Below, piece after piece: positions 47,701-59,868 of a DNA stretch of 64,000 nucleotides. The notes under the pieces were generated by a model. The model searched no databases. It was given only the letters and a program-made list of their open reading frames with translations, and was not told the origin of the DNA. This DNA is from an uncultured Planctomycetaceae bacterium. Its GTDB lineage: Bacteria > Planctomycetota > Planctomycetia > Planctomycetales > Planctomycetaceae. Location of the stretch: the NCBI GenBank assembly GCA_963813715.1, contig CAWFAK010000016.1, positions 448,001 to 512,000 of the forward strand, read 5' to 3'. Each line of letters starts with the position of its first letter. Position 1 is the first letter of the stretch. The position numbers and the translations under genes are program-made.

Positions 47701-48013
47701 CGCGGCGATCAGCCATAATTTCGCGGCTTACACGGTCGTGCTCACCAACGGCAACGTCGTCACGGGACTGCTGGTCAGCCGCACGGCCGACTCCATCGCC
47801 GTCAAAGGCAACGACGCGATCACTCGCACCTATAAGATGTCGGAAGTCGACGAGGTCAAGGAACAAAGCGTCTCGCTGATGCCGGCCGATCTCCAGAAGG
47901 CAATGACGGCCGACGACCTGGTCAACGTGGTCGAATACCTGACGACGCTCAAGCCGCAGACGCAAAAAGCGATTTCCGCCCGCTTAAACGGGCAACCGAA
48001 GAAACACGAATGA
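44764..48013 (+). CDS. PVC-type membrane-bound dehydrogenase-like protein with HEAT-like repeats and a C-terminal c-type heme CxxCH; frameshift near 45790; alternative start at 44896
   Basis: LFASEPM..PTNIDVDARGRVWV, RILILEDTDGDGKAD, FRNNYE, WFRPSDV, GRIYRL, CAKCH...VGPNLS...SLMP. Confidence 0.88.
44789..44880. repeat. inverted pair of 29-nt REP-like hairpins (44789-44817 on +, 44852-44880 on -), same family as 35990-36111
   Basis: GGCGAGC-CTGGGGC-GTCA-GCCCCAG-GGTG and, on the minus strand, GGCGAGC-CGCCAGC-GTAA-GCTGGCG-GGTG. Confidence 0.8.
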
Positions 48014-48060
48014 CGACGGAATGCCGCGACCCGTTCCGCCGCGTTAATTTGGACAACTGA

Positions 48061-49010
48061 ATGCGAACGATTCTAGTCACCGGCGGTGCCGGCTTTGTCG
48101 GCAGCCACCTCTGCGACCGGTTGATCGAGCGGGGCGACAACGTGCTCTGCCTCGACAACTTCTTCACGGGCAGCCGCAACAACGTCGAGCAGCTGATTTC
48201 TCGGCCGCACTTCGAGCTGATCCGCCACGACATCGTTCGCCCCGTGTTCCTGGAAGTCGACCAGGTTTATAACCTCGCCTGCCCCGCCTCTCCCGAGGCG
48301 TATCAGTCCAATCCGATCAAGACGATCAAGACGTCGACGGTCGGCATGGTGAACGTGCTGGGGCTGGCCAAACGGTGCTCGGCCCGCATCCTGCACGCTT
48401 CGACTTCGGAAGTTTACGGCGATCCCCAGGTCCACCCGCAGACGGAGGACTACTGGGGCCACGTCAATCCGATTGGTCCGCGGAGTTGTTACGACGAAGG
48501 CAAGCGCGTCGCCGAGTCGCTGTGCGTCAACTATCACCTGGCGCATCGAGTCCAGGTGCGGATCGTTCGCATCTTTAATACGTACGGCCCGAGGATGGCC
48601 CGCGACGACGGCCGCGTGATCTCCAACTTCATCGTGCAGGCGCTCCGCGGCGAAGCCGCTGACGATTTACGGCGACGGCCGCCAGACCCGCTCCTTCTGC
48701 TATCGTCGAAGACCTGGTGGAGGGGCTGATCCGCATGATGGATCAAAATGAAACGACGGGCCCGGTCAACCTGGGCAACCCGGTCGAAACATCGATGCTC
48801 GAACTGGCCCAGACCGTGCTGCGGCTGACCGGATCGAAGTCGGAGCTGAAATTCATGCCGCTGCCGCAGGACGATCCGAAGCAGCGCTGCCCCGACATCA
48901 GCCGGGCCAAGAAGGTGCTGGGCTGGGCGCCGCGCGTCTCCCTCGAGAGCGGGCTGACGAAAACGATCGCGTATTACCGGGCCCTGCTCGAGAAAGATCC
49001 CCAGCCATGA
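48061..49010 (+). CDS. UDP-glucuronic acid decarboxylase (extended SDR); frameshifts near 48655-48710
   Basis: [55 protein letters not shown]. Confidence 0.9.
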
Positions 49011-49921
49011 ACGTGCCGGCCGAGGGCTCCGCGCCTCTTCGAAAGGGCATCATTCTGGCGGGCGGAGCGGGCACGCGCCTGCACCCGGCCACGCGCGTCG
49101 TCAGCAAGCAGCTCTTGCCCGTTTACGACAAGCCGATGATCTTTTATCCGCTGTCCACGCTGATGCTGGCGGGGATGCGGCAAATTCTGATCATCAGCAC
49201 GCCCGTCGACTTGCCCATGTTCGAGCGGCTGTTGGGCGACGGCTCGCAGTGGGGACTGGAGCTGTCGTACGCCGAGCAGCCGAATCCCGGGGGGCTGGCG
49301 CAAGCTTTTCTGATTGGCGAGAAGTTTCTCGCGGGCGACCTGTCCTGCCTGGTGCTCGGCGACAACATCTTTTACGGCGAGAACTTGAGCCAGAACCTCC
49401 GCCGCGCGGCCGAGCGCACTTCGGGCGCGACGGTTTTCGCCTACCACGTCGCCGATCCCGAGCGTTACGGCGTGGTCGTGCTCGACGCTGACGGCCGCCC
49501 CGTCGACATCGAGGAGAAGCCCAAGCAGCCCCGCTCCAGCTACGCGGTGACCGGTCTCTACTTCTATGACCGGGACGTCTGCGAGATCGCCAAATCGCTC
49601 AAGCCGTCGCCGCGGGGCGAGTTGGAGATCACCGATCTCAACCGCCGCTATCTCGAAGCGGGCCGGCTCACGGTGGAGATCTTTGGCCGCGGCACGGCGT
49701 GGCTCGACACGGGCACGCACGAGTCGCTCTTGGAAGCGGGCACTTTCGTGCACGTGCTCGAGGCGCGACAGGGGCTCAAGGTTTCCTGTCTGGAAGAGAT
49801 TGCGTATCGCATGGGTTACATCGGCAAGGATGAGGTCCGCCGTCTTGCCGAGCCGATGCGCAATAACAGCTACGGGCGCTATCTCCTGAGGCTGATCGAG
49901 GCCAACGACCCGCACATTTGA
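49007..49921 (+). CDS. rfbA: glucose-1-phosphate thymidylyltransferase
   Basis: [60 protein letters not shown]. Confidence 0.96.
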   Translation: MNVPAEGSAPLRKGIILAGGAGTRLHPATRVVSKQLLPVYDKPMIFYPLSTLMLAGMRQILIISTPVDLPMFERLLGDGSQWGLELSYAEQPNPGGLAQAFLIGEKFLAGDLSCLVLGDNIFYGENLSQNLRRAAERTSGATVFAYHVADPERYGVVVLDADGRPVDIEEKPKQPRSSYAVTGLYFYDRDVCEIAKSLKPSPRGELEITDLNRRYLEAGRLTVEIFGRGTAWLDTGTHESLLEAGTFVHVLEARQGLKVSCLEEIAYRMGYIGKDEVRRLAEPMRNNSYGRYLLRLIEANDPHI

Positions 49922-50459
49922 AAACTGTTCCGCATATCTGAAAACTCTTCCCAGTCTTCTGTCCCCCGCGCATCCTCTCCACCATTCCGCGCGGCTGGCC
50001 CTCCCGGCAGACCTGTCGGCGTCAAGGTCGCATCCATTTTTCGCACGCGGCACGCCCGAAAAAACCGGCCCTCGGTTTGACGTAACCGCCTTGCGAATTA
50101 ATGGTTTGTGCGACTAAAGCGGTCGTTCGAATGCCGCCGATAGATTGGTCCAGTCCTTCAAAGACCGAGAGTGAAGGACGTACCTCATGTACCGCCTGGA
50201 AGTGCGGCTCGGGTGGGGAACCTGAGCCCAAACAGGGGGCCAATGAAGGCTCTCCCTGCGTGGTTAAAAACGTTTTGTCGTCTCAGCGGCGCGACTGCGG
50301 TCGGTAACTCGGAATTAGCGACGCGCGTCGCCGGGCGGCCTCGATCTCCGAACCAGATCCGAGGCCACGAGTGCCCACGAACAAAATTTTTGCCGGCACG
50401 TCGCCGACCGATGGAGACGGCCCACGAATCCGAATCCCAAGGGAAGGAGACTCTGCGTC

Positions 50460-51848
50460 ATGAAATGGATGAGACTCTTAAGCGCCGTGGTCGCCACCTT
50501 CGGCCTGGCCACTGCCGCACAGGCCGACATGTTCGACCTGTTCCACAGCTGGAACCATGATGGCTGTGCGAAGGGCTGTGGGTGCACGAGCGCCTGTCAG
50601 CCCTGCTGCTGCAAGCCGGTAATCGTCAAGCCCTGTTGCCCGACGGTGCACTGCTACCAACGGCAATGTGCTTGTCAGAAACCGGCCTGCTGCAGCCGTT
50701 GCTGCGAGGCTCCCAAGTGCTGTGCTCCGGCTCCGGCCGCTTGCTGTGCCCCGGCTCCTTGTGCCGCGGCTCCGCACTGCTGCCCGGCTCCGGCCGCCGC
50801 TCCGGCTTGCTGTGCTCCGTCTCCGTGCGCTGCGGCTCCCCGCTGCTGCCCGGGTCCGGCCGCTGCTCCGGCTTGCTGCGCTCCGGCTGCGTGTGCCGCT
50901 GCTCCTCACTGCTGCCCCGCTCCGGCGACCTGCGGTTGCCCGGCTCCGTGTGCCGCTCCTCGGTGCTGTGAAGCGCCGAAGTGCTGCCCGGCTCCGGCCA
51001 CCTGCGGCTGCCCGGCTCCGTGTGCCGCTCCTCGGTGCTGCGAAGCGCCGAAGTGCTGCCCGGCTCCGGCGAGCTGTGGTTGCCCCGCTCCGTCGTCTCA
51101 CTGCTGCCCGGCTCCGGCCACGTGCTGTGCTCCGGCGACTTGTGCGCCGAAGTACTGTGCTCCGGCTCCGGCCAGCTGCTGCGTGCCGGCCGCTCCGGCC
51201 TGCAACACGTGCAATAGCTGCAACTCCTGCAACAGCTACCCGCACGGCCTGTTCGACATCTTCCATCACAGCAAGGGCGTTTGCTACCAGACGTCGTGCA
51301 CCACGACCAAGGTTTGCTGCGCCGACCCCTGCGAAGTTGCTGACCTGATCTACAAGTCGCAGACGGCCTGCTACGGCAAGCAGCGCGCCCACGCCATCCA
51401 CAAGCTGGGCTCGTATGACTGCCAGTGCAATCCGGAAATCTTGTGCGCGATGGTCTACGGTTTGAATGACGCCGACGAGCACGTTCGTCGTGAGTCGGCT
51501 GAGACGATTGGTCACTCGCTGAAGAAGAACCCCTGCTGCTGCAGCCGCGAAGTCGTGGCGGCCCTGACCTGTGCGTTGGCGGACTGCGATCGTAGCGTCC
51601 GCAAGCACGCGGAGAAGGCCCTGAAGCAGTGCGGTTACGACGTGGTCGACGGCAACTGCTGCAAACCGGGCTGCACGGGTCCGGTCGGTGGTTGTGCTTC
51701 GACGTCGCAGCCGATGGCTCCGATGCCGACTCCGGCGCCCCAGATGGCTCCGGCCCCGGCTCCTGCCCCGGCGACGGCGCCGGCCCCGGCTCCTCCGGAA
51801 GACTCGAAGGCCTACTTCCCTTCGCGCCTTCGCGATCAGCAGGGCTAG
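50460..51848 (+). CDS. secreted Cys/Pro/Ala-repeat protein with a C-terminal HEAT-like domain
   Basis: AAGGAG ribosome-binding site; signal peptide ending TAAQA; tandem Cys-rich repeats; LNDADEHVRRESAETIG and ALADCDRSVRKHAEKAL. Confidence 0.8.
   Translation: MKWMRLLSAVVATFGLATAAQADMFDLFHSWNHDGCAKGCGCTSACQPCCCKPVIVKPCCPTVHCYQRQCACQKPACCSRCCEAPKCCAPAPAACCAPAPCAAAPHCCPAPAAAPACCAPSPCAAAPRCCPGPAAAPACCAPAACAAAPHCCPAPATCGCPAPCAAPRCCEAPKCCPAPATCGCPAPCAAPRCCEAPKCCPAPASCGCPAPSSHCCPAPATCCAPATCAPKYCAPAPASCCVPAAPACNTCNSCNSCNSYPHGLFDIFHHSKGVCYQTSCTTTKVCCADPCEVADLIYKSQTACYGKQRAHAIHKLGSYDCQCNPEILCAMVYGLNDADEHVRRESAETIGHSLKKNPCCCSREVVAALTCALADCDRSVRKHAEKALKQCGYDVVDGNCCKPGCTGPVGGCASTSQPMAPMPTPAPQMAPAPAPAPATAPAPAPPEDSKAYFPSRLRDQQG
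50738..51085 (+). repeat. coding tandem repeats: about three 66-bp units (ACCAPAPCAAAPHCCPAPAAAP) then two-plus 72-bp units (APATCGCPAPCAAPRCCEAPKCCP)
   Basis: 72-bp period seen at 50919, 50991 and 51063. Confidence 0.85.
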
Positions 51849-51930
51849 TTCGATAGCCCGCTCGACTCGTTCGGAATGATTGACCGCCTCGAGCTGAATG
51901 GACTGAACGAGAAGAGTTGTTGATAGCCAA

Positions 51931-51969
51931 GCGGCCCTCGGAAGCAATTCCGGGGGCCGCTTTCTTTTT
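51931..51969 (+). terminator. intrinsic terminator
   Basis: GCGGCCCTCGGAA-GCAA-TTCCGGGGGCCGC followed by TTTCTTTTT. Confidence 0.85.
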
Positions 51970-52060
51970 GCGCGGCCGGATGCGATCGCGTTCTCGTGAG
52001 CGGCCATGCCCACGCCGAGCCGTGACGACGTCCGGGAGTTCGCTGCGATCCAAGAGCCAA

Positions 52061-53860
<1,800 letters not shown>

Positions 53861-53884
53861 CTCTTGAAAAGAAACACAGCCGCT

Positions 53885-54561
53885 CTCCCATCCGCCGAAG
53901 CGGACGGGAGAGGGGGAAAGATTGGAGGTAGATTGGGGTTTCGGGTCCCCGGGCCTGCGCTGCGCTCCGACCCAGCTGCAGCTGTCGCGCTCCGTTGGGG
54001 CTGGAGTAGAGCGGGACGGGACACGAACGCATTGGGACTCCGGAATGGCCGCGGCGCGCGAGTGCCACCCGAGCCGACTGGTCAAGAATTGTCTGGTGGG
54101 GATCTTGCTCCCGCCGGGACGCAAAAGGATCCCCGGCGGTGATGGGGATCCTTTTTCACTAAGCGGAGAAAAGATCCCCGGCAGCCGACGCCGAGCCGAT
54201 TGCGGACAGTCCAAGTCCGGTCCGGACACTTTTCGAGCGGGACCCGCGGGACGGGACACGTTGTTTCACCGAGAAAAGCCCGGAGAAAGTGGCCGTCACC
54301 CATCCGAGGCGGACGGGCGAGGGCGAAAAGTGGGACGGGACTCGAACGGTAACGGGTCTCGTTTCGTAGGGTGTCGACAAGGCCGCCTTGCGGCCGCAGG
54401 CACACCATTTCTTCCCGGCCGCTCTAGAGAAGGAGTCCACTGGGGATGGTGGGCCGGTGCCCCGCCTGGCGGGACTGGTCCCACCCCAGGGATTGGGACC
54501 GGTGGGACGGGACTCGTTGTTTCACCGAGAAATGCCCGAAGAAATCGACCCTCACCCCGAC
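53885..54561. repeat. repeat-rich spacer between the IS copies, including an uninterrupted repeat unit at 54248-54344
   Basis: GGGACGGGACWCG at 54013, 54248, 54332 and 54504; GGGGATC(C)TT / AAGATCCCC inverted repeats at about 54098-54180. Confidence 0.75.
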
Positions 54562-54577
54562 CTTGTATGTTGAAAAA

Positions 54578-54796
54578 AGATCAATCTGCGCATTTGATGG
54601 TGACAGCTGTGGGAAGGCTTGCGAAGCGTAGCGAAGCAAGGTTTCCCACAGCGGCCGGCGGTAGATCGTCCGCCCTCAGGTCCAAGAAGACCGTGGGAGA
54701 GCTGGATCGCCGCCGGTCTCATGAGATCAGCCCGAACAGCCGTCAGAGCCGTCGGGGCGCCAGTCGCCGCTCGAGCTCGCATTCGCAAGGACGGGA
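54578..54796 (+). ncRNA. putative bridge RNA of IS110 copy 2
   Basis: same as copy 1 apart from one substitution seen (GTCGTGG versus GTCGGGG) outside the guide segments. Confidence 0.75.
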
Positions 54797-54803
54797 CATC
54801 GTC

Positions 54804-55756
<953 letters not shown>

Positions 55757-55855
55757 CTCTTGAAAAGAAACACAGCCGCTCTCCCATCCGAAGCGGACGG
55801 GCGAGGGAGAAAGACTGGACGGGACGCGATCGACCCGGTAAGCGATCAGCGGCGC

Positions 55856-57353
55856 TCAGAAGTGGAAGTCGAGGCCAATGTTTAGGCCTTGGGCCCAATA
55901 GCCGGTGGTTTGAAAGTGGTTGCCGGGTTCGTTCGGTCCGCCGGTGCCGTAAGTCGGATCGGAGGGGACCAAGGTCGGGCTGACGACGCGTGAGACCTGG
56001 TCGCCGGGTCGAACGACGTTGCTCCAGTAGATGAATGAGTAACCCAGCCGGGCCGAAATGTAGGGGGTGATCGCCAGGCTGAAATTGAGGTCCTCTTCGG
56101 GCACGAGCGAGAAGCGGGCCTGGTGATAGGTGCCGATGTTGGCCGTCGTCGCCAGGACGCCGCCCGGAGCTGTGTTGGCAACCCCGGACCCGTTGACCAC
56201 GGTCGTCGCGCCGCTGATCTCGGTCGTCTGCTCCGTGGCACCCAGGCCGAGCTTGGTGACCGATTCGATCTGGAAGGGACCGGAGGACCACGTCGCGCGG
56301 CCGCCCAACTGGCCGCCGTAAAAGTTGTTGATTGTTTTGAAGCGGTCATAGTCGTACATGGTGCTCGACGTATCGACGGGCTGACCGAGGAAGGTGAGCG
56401 CGCCGGAAGTCAGCGGGTAGAGTGCGTCGTCGACCTCGAGCGACTCGGTCAGGTTCATGTAGCGAAAGCCCACCATGCCTTCGACTCGCCAATGGTCGGT
56501 CTGGAGAATTTTGCGGAGTGCGTTGATGTCCCAGCTCAAGAACTGGCTCGTGCTCGTGATGGAGGTGCCGCCGGCCAGCGAGCCGGGGTACGCGTCGGAG
56601 TACGCGGTTTCGGTGCCGTTGTTGGCGTTGATCACGGGGCGAGTGATGAGCGGGTTGCCGTTCTGATCCGAATAGCCATCAAAGCCGGCCGCCTGCCTGC
56701 CAAGGATGACGAAGACACTCTCGATGCCCCAGGTCTCATGCGCGTCGAAGTAGCCGCCGACGTCGAGACGCCAGCCGCTCGTCGCTCCGAATCCGACGCT
56801 GCCGTCGCCATAGAGGGTGGCGGTGTTGGGCTGTCCGAGGGCGCCGGGCGACGTATCGCCGGTGCTGCCGGTCGTCACGAGCGGCGGCAACGACGCGCCC
56901 TTCGTCCACCAGACGAGGTAGTCGGAGCGGATCCAAAACCGAGGCGGCTCCGGATTGAAGGCGGGGAAGAACACCATCGGCCCCGGCACGTAGGCCGGAT
57001 AGGGGCCGTATCCCGGCGGCGGTCCGTAAACCGGCGCTGGACCATAGCCTGGCGGCGGTCCATACCCCGGCGGAGGTCCGTATCCGGGAGGCGGACCCGT
57101 CAGCGGCGCCGGATAGCCGGGGGGGCCGGAGCCGGGACCGGGTGGCGGCGGGCTCGAAGCATCGGTGTAGGGATTGGGCGTTTCACCCGGCGGCTGGGCG
57201 CCGGGGGGAGCGGAGAAACCCTCGTGCGTCAGCGGAGGTGGCGGCGAGGAGAATCCTTCCGGCTGGCCAAAGACTTGTCCTGCGCTCAACAGCGCGACGG
57301 CGAAAATGATCGCACCGGCGAACCGTGGTCTCAGAGACCATCTCGACCCTCAC
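55856..57353 (-). CDS. BBP7/DUF1551-like outer-membrane beta-barrel protein with a PPPGYG-repeat N-terminus; probable GTG start at 57353 with a 1-nt error
   Basis: FWIRSDYLVWWTKG..LPPLVTT, GFRYMNLTESL, NNFYGGQLG, LGYSFIYWSNVVRPGDQ, YWAQGLNIGLDFHF (terminal Phe); GAGGAG ribosome-binding site. Confidence 0.8.
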
Positions 57354-57500
57354 AGAAAGGCTCCTCGCGGGGGTCGAGCTTGTACGATAAATCGCGAAAT
57401 CGGGCCAGACCGAACGGCGGCCGACGACCCGGCCAGCGAGCGCGGTAACCAAGAACTCCGCTTAGTCTTAATGCGTCTTAAGAAAAGCAAACTCGCGATG

Positions 57501-57968
57501 TCACTTCTGCGACGTGCGGCGGTTTACGGAGGTTGGCGAAACCTCCAGCAAGAAGTCTTTCGCAAACTTTTCATCCCGCGCCAAATGCCGGTTGGCCAGC
57601 GCCAGGGTTTTGCGAATTCGCAGGACGGTTTGCTGCATCGGCCCGGTGAGCCGGTCGAGGATCTCGGCCGGGCCGAACTGCTCGAGCTCGCGGATGGTCT
57701 GCACCTTGAGAAAGTCGAAGACCTCGCGCGCCTGGTAGTCCTTCTGAAAGACCAGATCGAGACGAGCGTCGACGGGCACGCGGACGCGGCCGAACCCGCT
57801 CGATTTGCGGCGGGCCGGCGTCTTCTTGGTGCCCGCCGGCTTTTTTCCGGTCTTGCGGGCCGCTTTCTGAGCGGGCGTTTTCTTCGCCGGCGGCTTTTTC
57901 ACGGCGTGCGTTTTCGTCGCCGCAGTTTTCTTGGCGGTCCCAGCTCGCCGCGTCTTCGGACTGGCCAT
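57501..57968 (-). CDS. Lys/Ala-rich histone-like N-terminus plus an RNA polymerase alpha-CTD-like domain
   Basis: AKKTAATK..KKPPAKKTPAQKAARK; LDLVFQKDYQAREVFDFLKVQTIRELEQF..EIL...TVLRIRKTL. Confidence 0.6.
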   Translation of the reverse strand: MASPKTRRAGTAKKTAATKTHAVKKPPAKKTPAQKAARKTGKKPAGTKKTPARRKSSGFGRVRVPVDARLDLVFQKDYQAREVFDFLKVQTIRELEQFGPAEILDRLTGPMQQTVLRIRKTLALANRHLARDEKFAKDFLLEVSPTSVNRRTSQK

Positions 57969-58019
57969 GGCGGGCGACCTTGGATCATGGCCCCTGCAAA
58001 AGGGGCCGCGTACGGCAAA

Positions 58020-58649
58020 TCAGGTCACGCCCAGTTCGAGCGCGGTGCGGACGATTTCTTCCTTGGTCATCAGTCCGCACAGGTTCTGCAGGAACGAATG
58101 GGACATCGCCCAGCGGCCGAGCACGTCGAACATCACCTCGAAGCGGTCGTCGTCGAGGCCGAACTGCCGTTTCGACTCGGCCGCCTCGGTGGGAGGCATA
58201 TCCTCGAACTGGCTGATCATCAGGAAATCGCCGTCGCTGGCCAGGTTGAGGTGCAGGGCCCGCAACTCGCCGGCGAGCAGGCCGTCGATCTTGGGAGAAA
58301 CCGACTGAGGACCGCCGTGCAGATAGCGGGCGATCACGTGCGGCTCTTGCTCGACGATGCGGGCCGACGTTTCACAGGCCGCGTAGATCACGCTCTCGTC
58401 GACGAGGTTTGCCACGAACTTCTCGGTCGACGCATGCTTGCACCAGGTCTCGGCGATCAGGTCGAGCTGGACGTGCGGCGGCACGGCGCGCAAGAACGGC
58501 ACTTCCGTCAAAAACCCGAAACATTCCGCAGTGTAATTGCCCACTTGCTGCGCCAGGCAAATCCGTTCCAGCGTTTCCTGGAACGCAATGCGGAAGGCAA
58601 AGTAGCTCAGGCCCGTCTGCGGCAGTGTGTCTGTTTGAATGGCGAGCAT
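58020..58649 (-). CDS. hypothetical protein
   Basis: compact globular-looking ORF with a GGAG ribosome-binding site; FGFLTEVPFLRAVPPHVQLDLIAETW. Confidence 0.7.
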   Translation of the reverse strand: MLAIQTDTLPQTGLSYFAFRIAFQETLERICLAQQVGNYTAECFGFLTEVPFLRAVPPHVQLDLIAETWCKHASTEKFVANLVDESVIYAACETSARIVEQEPHVIARYLHGGPQSVSPKIDGLLAGELRALHLNLASDGDFLMISQFEDMPPTEAAESKRQFGLDDDRFEVMFDVLGRWAMSHSFLQNLCGLMTKEEIVRTALELGVT

Positions 58650-58934
58650 GAACTCCATGCTCACTCGCCGAGGGACCAAACACAACAGTAATTCTCCCGA
58701 ATTTTTTTGCGCACGACGAAGGTCGAAGACGACTCCTGCTGTGATCCTCAGACTGCGCAGCGTGCTCCTTCTTCACAGCCTTTCCGCGGGTTGCCCAAAC
58801 GCAACCACCCGTTAAACTCGTACAAGCCACCTGCCTTGCCAGATTCGGCCATTGCCGATCGGTCAACAACAACGTTTGCACATGCGACGAAGCTAAGACA
58901 TCGCTCCTTCGCACATTCGAGCTAGAGATTTGCC

Positions 58935-59805
58935 ATGCGGTTAGCCACCGTGCTCACGCCCCAGGGACCCCGAGCGGTCGGTGTTCATCAGAACGCCGGA
59001 AGCGACCGATTCGTCGATCTCCGCGCGGCCGATCCCGAGCTGCCCGCCACCGTCGCGGGCATCCTGGCGCTCGCCGGCGGACTCGACCGCGTCCGCGCGG
59101 CACTCACCAAGGCGACCGCATCCAAGCAGTTCGTCACGGGCGAGATCCTCGCGCCGCTCCCCAGCCCCGGCAAAGTTTTTTGCATCGGCCTCAACTACCG
59201 CGACCACGCCCTGGAAACCAAGGCCCAGATTCCCGGCGAGCCGATCGTCTTCAGCAAGTTCTCCAGCGCGATCGTCGGGCCGGGGGTGACCATCCTCCTG
59301 CCGCGGGCCTCGAACAAGGTCGATTACGAGGCCGAGCTGGTGGTCGTCATCGGCCGCCGCGGCAAGCTGATCTCCGCGGCCGACGCTCCCGGGTATATTG
59401 CCGGCTACATGGTGGGGAACGACGTCTCAGCCCGCGACTGGCAGACCGAGAAGCCGGGAAAGCAGTGGCTCCTGGGCAAGAACGCCCGACACCTTCGGCC
59501 CGACCGGCCCCTGGCTGGTGACGGCCGACGAAGTCCCCGACCCCTGCAACCTGGGAATCCGTCTGCGGCTGAACGGCCAGACGATGCAGGATTCGACCAC
59601 TAAAGAGCTGATTTTCAGCCCAGCGAAGCTGATCGAGCACATCACCAAAGTCGTCACGATCGAGCCCGGCGACATCATTTTCACCGGCACGCCACCTGGC
59701 GTCGGCGTGGCCCGCACTCCGCCCGTCTTCCTGAAGGACGGCGACCAGGTTGAGGTCGAAATCGATGGCCTGGGGACGCTCAAAAACCCCGTCCGGGCCG
59801 AATGA
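58935..59805 (+). CDS. fumarylacetoacetate hydrolase family protein; frameshift near 59480
   Basis: KVFCIGLNYRDH, VDYEAEL, NDVSARDWQ, WLLGK, PGDIIFTGTPPGVG. Confidence 0.92.
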
Positions 59806-59868
59806 CGTTGCCGGAATGGCGCTCGAGCGCTAAAACACTGCGGAATTCCGTCGGCAAAGGACTGCCCG

